Assembly: GCF_037042905.1 (NCBI RefSeq)
Contig: NW_026974140.1
Span: 1,366,001-1,430,000, forward strand
Direction of reading: 5' to 3'
Length of the DNA: 64,000 bases
DNA from: Lytechinus pictus
Lineage: Eukaryota
The position numbers and the translations under genes were made by a program. Numbering within the stretch: the stretch's first letter is position 1; every line of letters begins with the position of its first letter. This document shows positions 51,025-64,000 of the stretch, piece by piece. The notes beneath the pieces are model-generated. The model did not search any database. It was not told where the DNA came from and saw only the letters and a list, made by a program, of their open reading frames with translations.

Positions 51025-52497
51025 CAGTGGCGTAACTACGGGGGGCATGGGGGGCACGTGCCCCCCAATCGGCTGGCCCCCCCCAAAAAAAAAAAAAAAA
51101 AAAAACGGGGAAAAAGAGAAAAAGAGGGAGAAACTGAGAGCAACGTAGTGGGAAGGAAGAAATTATTGTTAATTATGTTATATTATATTATAATTATGTC
51201 ATGTTATATTAAATAGAAATGAAAAAAATATCATAACTTTATGAAACATAATTTGCTCAGGGCCTATGTCTTCATTGTCCCTGATGCTCGCATCGTCTGT
51301 TTAACGAGATATATAATCCTGTTGTACTAAAACCTCCCGTTTTCAAGTCAATTCACCAAATATATTTCCTCGCACTTCGAATTATAATTGTTTTATGTAG
51401 TGACATATCATTTTAAGGTCTTAATATAAAACATTTCCCGTCCGTGCTCATGTTCGCATTAGTGGATTAGTGAGATATGTCTGCTCTTCATGAATTCCTA
51501 AAATCAGTCCTTAAAATTTCCCTTTTTCTGATCTGAATATCAAAAATTTCAGCTTGCGCTCGCTTCATTTGGTTAGTGAAATACGCATGGTCTACGTGAA
51601 TTCCTACAAACAAGCCTTAGAATGCCCCTCTTCAGGTGTGAATTTCCTAATTTTTCAGCTCGCGCTTCGCGCTCGCAATATTTGACTAGTGAGATGCGTA
51701 TGATAATCATGACTACAAAAAGTATGTCTTTAGGTGTAATTCTAACAAAATCATGCAGCATGCGCTTGGCACCCGCATTAGAAGACTATGGTGAGATATA
51801 TGTACTCTTAATGGATTCTTTTTAAAAATAGACCTTAAAATATCCATGTTTGGGGTCAATATATAAAAAAATTCAGCTCGCGCTTCGCGCTCGCTTCATT
51901 TGGTTAGTGAAATACGTATGGTCTTCGTGAATTCCTACAAACAAGCCTTAAAATGACCCTCTTCAGGTCTGAATTTCCTAAATTTTCAGCTCGCGCTCGC
52001 AATATTTGATTAGTGAGATGCGCATGTTAGTCATGATTACAATGACTACAAGTGATTTATGTGTTTGGATGCATAAAATTCTAACAAAATCAGCAAGTGC
52101 TTGGCACTCGCATTAGATTACTATATGGTGAGATATGTATACTCTTAATAGATTCCTAAAATATAGTCCCTAAAATGTCCGTTTGGGGTCAATGTATAAA
52201 AATTTCAGTTCGCGCTTCGCGCTCGCATTGTTTGTTTAGCGAGACAGGTACATATCATGATTACAAAAATTTGCTTATAATGTCCCTTTTTAGGTCTGAA
52301 TATCAAAAATTTTCAGCTCGCGCTTCGCGCTCGCATTATGTGACCAGTGACATACATATCTGTTTAATGACACTGTCCTTTAAATGTCTCTATTAGGTCA
52401 GCATACCTAGCAACTGAGCGCGCTTCGCGCACTCACTAAGTGACTCAATATTTTTGCTAGTGCCCCCCCCAATGCCATGACCCACGGTACGCCACTG
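51025..52497. mobile_element. hAT-like MITE (cagtggcgta TIR)
   Basis: cagtggcgta / tacgccactg; 8-bp TSD acgtcgag; internal ctcgcgcttcgcgctcgc repeats. Confidence 0.88.
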
Positions 52498-53208
52498 ACG
52501 TCGAGTGTAGGTTTGCTCTTCGGACATCACTATCACAAAGAAAATCTCCTCTGATTTGATGATAAAAGTGCTCTATTTCCTTATTAACCAATCTCCATGG
52601 TTCTTTCATGAGTATTTGCCTTACAATGTGCCCTTTATTATAATCTGGGCGGAAATTCTTGATATCATCACCCACCGATGTGACGACGGATGTAATCCAC
52701 CCGGGTACTATAAAAATGTCCCCCTAACCCATTATCCCAATACATATTCCTGACTATGGATGGTTTTGAGTGATTTTAATGTAATAAAGTGCCATATTTC
52801 CCACCAACTGAATGTAAACAAATTATGGTCATCTGATAGAAGAAGTTGTTAACATTCATTTCAGGGGGGCGGAAATTCTATCTGAATCAAAGCTTGTCCT
52901 TGATACACATTTGTTTGTGAAAAAAGGGTATGATGCAAGGGAATTCTGCGTGTTATAAGGGTGCGCGCGTGCAGCGAGGACCTTCTGTCCGCTAGTTTTC
53001 CATATGGCCATGAAGACGTTACATATTTCAACAATCAAAATAATGCGAGCGCGAGCTGAATTTTTTAAAAAAATTTACCCAAAGACTGGAAATTCTAAGC
53101 ACTTTTTGTAACTTAAACATATAATAGGTATATAACTAAACAATTGATGCGAACGCGAAGCGCGAGCGGAAAATTTTGAGATTTAGACCTAAGAACGAGA
53201 GCTCTATT

Positions 53209-54290
53209 CATGTTTTGTAAATCATGAAAAGGATGAGTAATTGGGGGTCTTCCTTACACCCGGTCCTTAATGCGAGTGCGAAATGAAGCCAGAAAACGTT
53301 CATATAGTTTACGTTTAATTTGAATCGATCGAAAAGGTACTTGTTAAGGACTGCTTGCACTTACCCATGAAGACGTTACATATTTCAACAATCAATATAT
53401 GCTAGCACGCACGAATCGCGAGCCAAAAAGAATCGAAATTTTTAATCAATTTTTGTAATCGTGAACAGGGTAGCTATATAAGTATAACTAAACAATTGAT
53501 GCTTGAGCAGAAGAATTCAAGATTGAGACCTAAAAACGGGACACTCTATACTCATGTTTTGTAAATCATGAAAAGGATGAGTAATTGGGGGTCTTCCTTA
53601 CACCCGGTCCTTACATTAATAATGCGAGTGCGAAATGAAGCCAGAAAACGTTCATATAGTTTACGTTTAATTTGAATCGATCGAAAAGGTACTTGTTAAG
53701 GACTGCTTGCACTTACCCATGAAGACGTTACATATTTCAACAATCAATATATGCTAGCACGCACGAATCGCGAGCCAAAAAGAATCGAAATTTTTAATCA
53801 ATTTTTGTAATCGTGAACAGGGTAGCTATATAAGTATAACTAAACAATTGATGCTTGAGCAGAAGAATTCAAGATTGAGACCTAAAAACGGGACACTCTA
53901 TACTCATGTTTTGTAAATCATGAAAAGGATGAGTAATTGGGGGTCTTCCTTACACCCGGTCCTTACATTAATAATGCGAGTGCGAAATGAAGCCAGAAAA
54001 CGTTCATATAGTTTACGTTTAATTTGAATCGATCGAAAAGGTACTTGTTAAGGACTGCTTGCACTTACCCATGAAGACGTTACATATTTCAACAATCAAT
54101 ATATGCTAGCACGCACGAATCGCGAGCCAAAAAGAATCGAAATTTTTAATCAATTTTTGTAATCGTGAACAGGGTAGCTATATAAGTATAACTAAACAAT
54201 TGATGCTTGAGCAGAAGAATTCAAGATTGAGACCTAAAAACGGGACACTCTATACTCATGTTTTGTAAATCATGAAAAGGGTGAGTAATA
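53209..54290. repeat. Near-identical 352-bp tandem triplication inside a MITE-derived repeat
   Basis: catgaagacgttaca at 53366, 53718 and 54070. Confidence 0.9.
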
Positions 54291-54790
54291 GGGGATCTTT
54301 CTACATTAATAATGCGAGCAGAAAATTTTTGATATTGTGATCTGAAAATAGACCGCGGGTCCGATAGACTTTTTTTTTTTGTAATAATATTTATTAATCA
54401 TTCAGTTCAAAGTAATGGTACATTGTAAAATATTACAAATCAATATTAACAAAACACTGTTCACGAAAGACAAATAATTATCCATAATACAAATAATCGT
54501 ACATGTCATGGTATTGTGGCGTAACCGAGCTCTGTCGGGGTAGCGTTCTGCCGTCTCGCAGTCTCCAGAACCCGGTCCACGCTTCTCCCCCGCTTCTCCT
54601 CACTTATATACCGTATGGGTACTAGTATTCAACCTGGCATAATTCAAAGATTTCGACATATTCCCCAAAATTTTTAGAAATAGGGAATTTATCTTAATTT
54701 CACACCTTTGTTATTTCCAGGGTAATCTGTTGTCGATATTTTCTTTGTCAATCTGTCGACTGTATGCGCGGAGGATCGAATTATGCGGCG

Positions 54791-55864
54791 AGCGCGTTTC
54801 CGTTTTACACCCTGGCGAAGGCATTTTCCGGAAAAATAGCCACAAAGCGACTAGTGAAGAGTCTACGTCTACGTTTGTTTACATAATCAGCTGGGCGCGC
54901 GATCCGAAAGTCCGCACCGAAGATATCCGCAGAACATAAGTGCAAATGCAGCTGAGCTTACATAGACCATAGTAGGTCCATGCATAGACCAAAAGATTCA
55001 GTCTCTGTATTTTGGTTGTTCCGCTGAACTATATACGTTGGCTTCATGATTTGTTTTACTTTATCGCACATGATCGTTTATATGAATGAAAACGAAAAAT
55101 AGCTAAAATATTGAAAAATAAAACACATAATTACTTTTTTTCATATTATATCTATCCTTATATCTATCATATCTGTCTATCCACTATCTATGTTATAAAT
55201 CAATCTATGGTACTACATGATATATCTATCTGTTAATTTGTCTATATAATCTACTCTGTCTCTCTCATTCTCTATCTACCTATCTATCTGTCTATCTATC
55301 TATCCATCTAACATCTATCTCTCACATTCTCTATCTATCCATCTGTCTCTCTTTTATTTCTCTCTATCCATCTGTTAATCTACTCATGTGCAATATCAAC
55401 ACTGCTTCGACTTCCTTCGGGAGTCTATTTCCTCAGCTCTACTTTTCCCTTTTTTGTGCTCGATTTGATTCAATTACTACTTTATTTACTTGTTACCATT
55501 GTTAAATGTCTTGTATTGCATAATGAGTTTTTTTTTCTGAAGGTTGCCTCCTATTCTCTTTCAAATTCCACCTCTTGCTTTCCCTTCTCTTTGTCTTATC
55601 CCAATTTCTTTCCCTTTTCTCACCTCTTTCTTCTTAATCTTTCATTCCGCTTTTTTCTTCTTTGGTGACACTTTACTTTTGGCCTTTTGTATTTATTTAT
55701 GATACATTTCTTTTTTATCTGTATGAATTTGTATTGTATTTGATATTTATTTATAATGTTTACTTTATATTTTTTATGATTCTATTTGTATGTAAACATT
55801 CACTTATTTCAGTCTTTGACTGCTTGTGATTGTATTTTGATAGTTTTTATTGCAATAAAATCCA

Positions 55865-55896
<32 letters not shown>

Positions 55897-56094
55897 CATA
55901 TATCTCAAATTCTCTCTATCTATCCATCTGTCTGTCTTTTTCTCTCTCTCTGTTTCTCTCTATCCATCTATCTATCTCTCGAATTCTCTCTATCCATCTG
56001 TCTGTCTGTCTCTCAAATTCTCTCTCTCTATCTATCTATCCATCTGTCTGTCTTTTTCTCTCTATCCGTCTATGTATCTATCTCTCAAATTATA

Positions 56095-56129
<35 letters not shown>

Positions 56130-56243
56130 GTAACTACAGTATCTATCTATTAATCTTCTCTTTCTCTCTCTCTCTATCTATTCATCTGTCTTTCTCTAGT
56201 TCTCTCTCTCTCTCTCTCTCTCTATCAATCTATCTATCTATCT

Positions 56244-56288
<45 letters not shown>

Positions 56289-56713
56289 ATGTATAACTGC
56301 AGTATCTATCGATCTGTTAATTTGTCGCTCTTCTCTGTCTCTCTCATTCTTTATCTATCTATCTCTCAAATTCTCTATCTCTCTCTCCCCCTCTCTCTAT
56401 CTATCTATCTATCCATCTTTCTGTCTTTCTCTCTCTATCTATCTTCTATCTATTTATTTATCTATCTCTCAAATTCTATCTCTATCTATCTATGTAACTA
56501 CAGTATCTATCTATCTGTTAATCTTCTCTGTCTCTCTCATTCTTTATCTATCTAACATCTATCTATCTCTCTCTTTCTCTCTCCCTCTATCTATCTATCT
56601 ATCTATCCATCTGTCTTGTTTTCTCTCTTTCTCTCTTTCTCTTTTTCCGTCCATATATATCTATCTATCTATAACATATCTCCCTCTCTCAAGTTTTCTC
56701 CCCCATCTATCTG

Positions 56714-56750
<37 letters not shown>

Positions 56751-56881
56751 TTTCTATCTATATTTATCTATCTATGTAACTATACAGTATCTATCTATCT
56801 GTTAATTTGTATATCTTCTCTGTCTCTCTTATTCTTTATCTATCTATCCATCTAACATCCACCTATCTCTCAGATTCTCTA

Positions 56882-56912
<31 letters not shown>

Positions 56913-57524
56913 ATCTATCCATCTGTCTGTCTTTTTATCTCTCTCTCTATTTTTCTTTATCCGTCCATATATCTATCTATCTATCTATCTATCTATAACA
57001 TCTCTCCATCTCTCAAGTTCTCTCCCCCCATCTATCTGTCTATCTATCCATCTCTCTGTCTTTCTCTCTCTCTCTCTACTTCTATCTATCTATTTATCTA
57101 TCTATGTCTCTATCTATTTATCAGTCTTCTATATCTATCTTTCGGCATCTAAGTGTATCAATCCATCAAACTTCAATTTTCTTTCTATTATATGTATCTG
57201 TTTATTTTTATTTTGTCTGCATGTCATTCTATTCATTTAGTTAATAATTTATATTTAGAAAAAAAAACTTTTTCATAACTATTCATAAAAAAAACGTAAC
57301 TGCAAAAGCATGTTCGGATTTCACTCATATGACTGCTCTCTGTACATGAAGTGCCGAGGAACTCTATGCTCTGATCAGTAACTGTGCAGATTGCATGCGG
57401 TGATGGTGTGGGACTCGCCTGTGTCGCACGATGCAACCAGCGACGTGTGTAGACTCTTCACTAGTCGCTTTGTGGCTATTTTTGCGGAAAATGCCTTCGC
57501 CAGGGTGTAAAACGGAAACGCGCT
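54791..57524. mobile_element. Inverted-repeat element (76-bp IRs) enclosing a long (TCTA)n/(CT)n compound microsatellite
   Basis: 54791-54866 versus 57449-57524 with 1 mismatch. Confidence 0.65.
55150..57140. repeat. Compound (TCTA)n/(TC)n/(TA)n microsatellite region
   Basis: Directly visible; it explains the LSIY-rich spurious ORFs. Confidence 0.95.
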
Positions 57525-57589
57525 GCCGGTGTAGCGGCGGATTCGGTTCCACCGGCGGATACCGTATCCGCCGGCAGATATCGTTCTAA

Positions 57590-60500
57590 ATGGCCGATAT
57601 CGTTTTTAATCGGAACCATAATTTTTATCATATGATCAAACCAACGATTAAGACTGGTTATTGGAAATTTAATAACAGTTTATGTAAGGACGAAGAATAT
57701 GTTAAAAGTATGAAGGAGGAAATTATTCGTTTGAAACAGATGTTATCAATAGAGATTATGGACAGCAGAATTTTATGGGATTATGTTAAAATGGAAATCC
57801 GAAGTTTTACTAGGAAGTACTCAAAGAAAAAGGCAAAAGAAAGAAGAGAAAAGATTACAAAGTTGGAAAAGGAAATTGTAAAATTAGAAGAAGAACTGCA
57901 ACAAAGACCAAGTAATAAAAATAAGGATTCAATTGACATTTTAACCAGGAAAAGAAATGAATTAAAAGCAATTTATACTTATGTTAATGAAGGTATAAAA
58001 ATCAGATCTCGAGCGCCGTGGTTTGAAAGTGGGGAAAGGGAAACCGCATATTTTAAACAATTGACAGATTCTAATGGGAAAAAATGTGTAATTAAAAAAC
58101 TTAAGGTGAATGAAAATATAATTAGTGATGAAATTAATATTTTAAATGAAATCCGAAAGTTTTATTCATCATTATACGCTAAATCTGAGGCAGGATTATG
58201 CGACGATAATACGTTTTTTCCCAATAGCCTACCCAAACTAACAAAAAATCAGAGTAATCACTGTGAAGGAAAAATAAACCAAGGTGATTGTATTGAAATC
58301 TTAAAAGAAATGCAACTTAATAAATCTCCGGAGAATGATGGACTGAGCGTCGAGTTTTACATTACATTTTGGCATGTTGTAGGTGATTTAGTTATTAACG
58401 GGATTAATGATAGTTTGATTCATAAAGAATTATCGCCCTCTCAGAGGCAAGCAGTAATTACACTAATACACAAGGGGGATAAAGACCCTACAGTCATTTG
58501 CAATTACAGACCCATTTCACTTCTCAATGTAGATTATAAAATTCTCACTAAGATACTTTCTAAAAGAATAAAAGCGATTCTGAGTAACATTATTTCAGTT
58601 GACCAGGTAGGGTATTTAAATGACAGAAATATTGGTGAAGCAGTAAGATTAATTAATGACATGATATTTCATACCTCACATTTTAATAAATCGGGTTATT
58701 TATTAGCAATCGATTTTGAAAAGGCTTTCGATTCAATTTCACACGCTTTTCTCCAAAAGGCACTTTGTTCATTCGGTTTTGGAACGATGTTTAGGGATTG
58801 GGTCAAAGTAATTTACACTAACACACTATGCTGCGTTTTCAATGGAGGGAGATCAACTGGCTATTTCGATGTTGAGCGGGGGCTAAGGCAGGGGGACCCC
58901 CTGTCCCCATATCTTTTTATATTGTGTATAGAGTGTTTAACTCACTCTATTCGAAACGATAATTCAGTAAGGGGTATTTGCTTGGGCAATACGGAAATTA
59001 AGCAGGTTCTTTATGCTGATGACATGACAATATTTGTGCAAGATTTAGACTCTGTAGATAGATTATACATAATCCTTGAGAAGTTCAAGAAAATATCTGG
59101 ACTGAAAATTAATAAAAATAAAACTTTCATTTTGCCTCTAGGGCCTCCTGTTCCACCGGGGAACAGCTTTCCATTCGGTAAAAGAGTTGATATTGTGAAA
59201 ATACTGGGTATTTACTTTTCACTCAATCCTGATGTCGCTGAAGAAATGAATTTCAAAGAAATTTTGAGCAAAATCAAAAAGTTATTAAATTGGTGGAAAC
59301 AACGAGATCTCACTTTGATAGGAAAAATTCATTTGCTTAAAACGTATGCGTTTTCCAAATTGACTTATGTGAGCTCCCTATCGTCAGTTCCAGACTGGGT
59401 TTTCAAAGAAATTGATGATACATGTTTTGACTTTTTATGGCGGGGGAAAGACAAAATAAAAAGAAATACTTTATATCTGGATTACCGACAAGGTGGGCTA
59501 AAAATGCTCAATTTCAAACTATTTATAATGGTACAAAGAGTGATGTGGATTAAAAGATTAGTTACTGGTGACCAGAGAGCAAAGTGGAAAAGATATTTTA
59601 AATTTCTCCTGAGAACATTTGGTGGTCTTTTAATATTTTACTGCAATTTTTCCCCTGATATGGTCGATGTTAAATTACCAAAATATTACCGAGAAATGTT
59701 ATGTATTTGGTCTGATATGAATGTTTTTATTAAAAAAGATACAAATAGTAAAAGAAATGAAATTTTCTTTAATAATAAGTGTAATTTGAAGAAAGGAAAA
59801 ACGTTTTTTCATGAAAATCTATTCCTCAAAAATATTTTTAAATTTCATCACATTACAGATGTTAAGGGGGCACTTAAGCCGGTTAATTATTTCAGATGTA
59901 TGGGATTGGACGAGGAGGAAGTATTAGTTATTCAAGAAATATTTGCACATACCCCCAGAGAATGGAAAGACAGATTAAGAAGGAATACTTCAGTGGACGG
60001 CTTGAATATTGAATTTGTCTTTTATGAGAAAAAAATTCAATTCGACTCGGTTACTTCCAAAAATCTATATAGAGGGTGTATAAAACAAATTGCTGAACAA
60101 CCAGTTAGTTTTCATAACTTAGCATTATTATATAATCTGTCAAATAAAGAAATTGAGAAAACATTTTATCGTCCTAGATTTAGTACGTTGGATAACAAAT
60201 TGAGAGAATTTCAATTTAAAATGCTATACAATATCATCTTTCTGAATCATCACTTATACAGGTTTCATTTTATAGCAAGTGATAAATGTTCCTTCTGTAG
60301 AAAATACGAAGAAACATATAAGCATTTATTTTTTTAATGTGAAAAAGTAGGAGATTTGTGGGTACGGAGTAGTAATTTGTTTGGCCTTCCAATTCTAAAA
60401 AAACTAAGCTGGATGGAAATCCATATTGGTCTCGAGGAAACAACCGAAAACATACAATTACTTAATCATATCATTTTGCTAATCAAATATTTAATATATC

Positions 60501-60646
60501 AAGGGAGAGGGAAGGGTAAACCACCAACTCCTGAAGAGATAAAGGAAAAGTTACTTATTAGCAAAGAAGAAGAAAAGAAAATTGCATTAGAGCGTAATAC
60601 GTTAACGCGACACTATAAGAAATGGGAATATTTAAAGGTTTTATAA
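57590..60646 (+). pseudogene. LINE ORF2 reverse transcriptase (endonuclease missing; TAA at 60335-37 within the C-terminal CCHC motif)
   Basis: KSPENDG, NYRPISLLNVDYKI, IDFEKAFDS, RGLRQGDPLSPYLF, YADD, GGL and CSFC-x8-HLFF*C motifs. Reading continues in frame to 60646. Confidence 0.92.
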
Positions 60647-60764
60647 ACATTAACCAAAATAAAAAGGATGGGAAAGGGAGGGGTGCCCCTCGTCTGCCCG
60701 TGCATGGAATCGATCGATCACTGTCGCTGTAAACTGACCTCTGTCCTGTCTGTTATTGGTTCGT

Positions 60765-60796
<32 letters not shown>

Positions 60797-61194
60797 CTCT
60801 CTCCTTTATGTGTATGGTGTTTTTTTTTCTGTCTATTTCTCCCGTTTCTTGTTGTTAGTGTGTTAGTTTGTTCAGCTTTGGGGTCTGATAGGGGGGGGGG
60901 GGGGCTCATGGGACGGGAGAATGCTCATATACATTCATTCTTTAAATTTGCGTAGTTGCTACGTCTTTGTTTTATTATTTGCTTTATAGCTGCATACATA
61001 AGTTGTTGAAATTTAATTTTTGCATGAGTTCGGATTATGTCTCTTTTCTGATACAATTTGCCTGCTATGTTTATTACACTGTTATTTAATTTGTGTATTG
61101 CACTGCTGCAATTATCATTTTGTTCTATATTTTCTTCATTATGTATGTATGAAATTTATTTGAATGAATAATAAAGATCACTACAAAACAAAAT
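57650..61194 (+). mobile_element. 5'-truncated L1/Tx1-clade non-LTR retrotransposon
   Basis: ORF2 homology begins at GYWKFNNSL. The 3' UTR is T/G-rich and ends aataataaagatcactacaaaacaaaa. A sibling 3' end lies at 63592-63850. Confidence 0.85.
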
Positions 61195-63591
61195 ATCCGC
61201 CGGGTTTGACGCGGCTTGATGTTTGCAGATTTGGTTCCTCGGCGGATTTGGTTCTATTGACTATACGTGCAATATTGATTTGGACAGACAACCTCGGCAG
61301 CGCGCGCATGCGCGGTTCTGGCAATGTCGATCGCAATGGGGGGGGGGGGGAATTTTCGTCCGCCTTTAGTGAATTTTTATTCAGGGGCGGATCCATACAG
61401 CTTTTGACAAAGGGCTCGATGGGGGTGAGGATTAATAGGAGAAATAACCCTATTTCTCTTTTCCCTCCCCTTTCCCTTTTCTCTGCTGGACACATAACCA
61501 TTTTTTGTTTTTTGTTTTATTCCCCTCAGTTTTTAATATTCCTTTCTCCCCCTAATTTATGTAGTCACTGCCCCCCCCCCCTTTTCCTTGTTATTCAAAC
61601 CTATTTTGCCGTTCTTCATATATGGTCAAGATATGACCTACTTTACTTTTAATTACATACGATTAAGATTACTATAAATTTATCCCAAGGGACTTACCAT
61701 TACAAGCTTTGCTTTTTAATAAGTCCCTCACTTTCATTTTCACATGCTAACTGTAATCTATAATTTGTCTAATTATCAAAATGTGTTTGGAACAAAAAGA
61801 ATTATATATACTCTGACTATTTCCTACAAATTTGTTAATTAATTATTGAAGTATTCTTATGACACTCATTCTGTTATGTACATTCATATTATGTATATAT
61901 GTTTGTTATGTTTATTATCAGAAAAGGGAAGTGAAATAAACTAATCTGAAACTGAACTGAATAATGTCTCGATATTTCATGTATTACATAGACCTGGCAC
62001 ATACGTCAAAACTAAATATAATTATAAGATTTTGATGAAATTTTCATCATTTTGTCATTTTGTGAATTTTTATACTATTTTCAGTCCGCAGTATACATCG
62101 ATCTCTTTAACTGTGCTTTTTCACACCATGTTTAGTGTCAGTTTGCCAGACGGTTGGCGAAAATTTGCACCCCCATATAGGCCTATAGGTTTTTGAAACT
62201 ACAAATGATTAGAAAAAAATCAACAAGTTAAAGCTTCATATTTCAAAATAAATGATGCAAATTAGTGTATGAAAATATGTTTTGCTGTTAACTCATATTA
62301 TTGCTTGTAGAATGTTAATTTTTTTGTGAAAACATAAATTTGATATTTCTAACAAACATTAAAAAAAGAATGTCAAAACATGATGTAGTTTATTGTAGGC
62401 CTATTTTTAATTTTTCATGTATTTTTTAAATTTGTTTTTTTTATATATTTTTTTTCAATGTTAAGGAATCTGAATTAATTAAAGGGGATCGGAAGTTCAC
62501 CCTGACAGAATTTAGATACGCCACGTACTGTTTGGTGCTCCCTAATTTACCTCTTTTAATAGTCATCTAATTTTAAGATCAATATGGGATCTTTAGTGAA
62601 ATATAATTTCTCCTTTATATCTTCACCCCATCCTGATTTTCATCTCTTTATTTTTTTTGCCTATCTTTCTGTCCCTGCTCATTTCGCCCCTTTTGCCTCT
62701 TTTCCAGTTTCCTAACCTTTCTGGCACATTATGAATATATCTGGGGCGTATACGCATGGGTGATATAGCACCAAAAAGGAGAAAGAGGAAGGGGAGGGAG
62801 GGAAAATATAAAAAATATACGAAAAAATGTGAAGGAAATAATAGTAATACATTGGAATTTCGTAAATCAAGAATTTCATTTGCAGTGATCATTATTTATA
62901 CTTCCCTTTAGAAAGCTTATTACAAAATACTAATTTTAAATATCGAAACTGCCATTGTTTGCCTTTATTTAATACTCTGTATTAATCATAATTGATGCAT
63001 ATTGTGCCCAATATATCCCTAAAATTGTGATAAGAAGGATTTTTCATAATGCAATAAATTAATAGGTATAAAATAAATTAACAAATGCATGTTATTTGAT
63101 TACAAGCATTATTATCATATCTTGGGGTAAATTCTTTGTATACTATAGTGCAGCAGACATTGACAGTTGAATTAAGACTAAATGTGGACTATTTAAAGAC
63201 CCAGACCAGACCCCAAAATTTAATTGACAAATCAAACAAATCAGACGAAAGCTATTAATTTAAACTAAAAATAGAAATGCAAGTTTAATGCAGTCATCGC
63301 TTACAGCTGAATATTTTGCATAAGAATAACTCCAATTATCGAGTTTCGAAAATATACTTTCTTGTAAATGCTTTCACCGGCCTCGCACCGAGACCGTGAC
63401 GTCATGTAGTGTTAGAAGTGGTGTAATTCCATAGAGTTGTTACAAGAAAATGGGTTATTTTCCCCTTTCAGATTACGCATTTTATTTCTTCACTTCTATC
63501 ACATAGAGATATCGTAAATATCTTTTTCTGCAAGCTTTAATTGATGAAATCTACCGCTTTTGACTATATAGTTTTCAAGTACCACGTGACC

Positions 63592-63850
63592 TTTTTTTTG
63601 TTTTGTAGTGATCTTTATTATTCATTCAAATAAATTTCATACATACATAATTAAGGAAATATAAAAAACAAAATGATAATTGCAGCTGTGAATATTCAAA
63701 TCAAATAACACTGTAACATATAGCAGACAAATTGTATCAGAACAGAGACATAATCCGAAATCATGCAAAAATGCAGCTAAAGAAAATAATAACAAAGACG
63801 TAACACTAACAGCTATATATCCAAACTGAAAGAATGAATGTATATTGAGC
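63592..63850 (-). mobile_element. 3'-end fragment of the same LINE family
   Basis: Diverged reverse complement of ~60920-61194, ending in an A tail. Confidence 0.75.
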
Positions 63851-64000
63851 ATGTGAAGGAAGGATATCGCGATAGCGCAAGAACGATATCTTCCGAAGAG
63901 AGTGGCCTTTTTTGGTACTGAATCTGCCGGAGTAGAACAGGATCCGCCGGCGGATTTGGTGCCTAGAACAGTATCTGCCAGGCGCAGGATCCGCCGGTAC

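Noticed and set aside
54380..54660. Possible solo LTR (TATA and AATAAA on the minus strand)
   Set aside because: No TSD, matching termini or second copy could be established.
55786..56998. Several LSIY-rich ORFs
   Set aside because: They are translations of TCTA/CT microsatellite.

Overview
Eukaryotic, AT-rich, repeat-dense genomic DNA; the repeat landscape suggests a marine invertebrate such as an echinoderm (inference only). One host gene is recognisable: the 5' part of THOC2 (THO complex subunit 2) on the minus strand, with six coding exons at 49762-49826, 16646-16713, 8968-9059, 5279-5330, 4826-4896 and 4054-4175. All have GT-AG junctions and compatible phases, and the gene continues beyond position 1. 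Its ~33-kb first intron and the other introns are filled with nested transposable elements. The most unusual is a 5.5-kb Pol-less Gypsy-like LTR element (23460-28951). Its Gag has an N-terminal ComEA-like helix-hairpin-helix segment and is followed by a G GGA AAC slippery site and H-type pseudoknot that lead into an acidic, repeat-containing ORF2 instead of protease/RT/integrase. Also present: a TIR element with a RecQ-like helicase relic; two inverted copies of an unclassified 4-bp-TSD DNA transposon bracketing THOC2 exon 2, the second expanded to 18.5 kb by three insertions; four Helentron-associated (HINE-like) elements; hAT-, Kolobok- and piggyBac-like MITEs; a Tc1 relic; a tRNA-derived SINE; satellites with higher-order structure; and a 5'-truncated L1/Tx1-clade LINE. 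All family assignments are made by eye from motifs and terminal structure; no searches were run.
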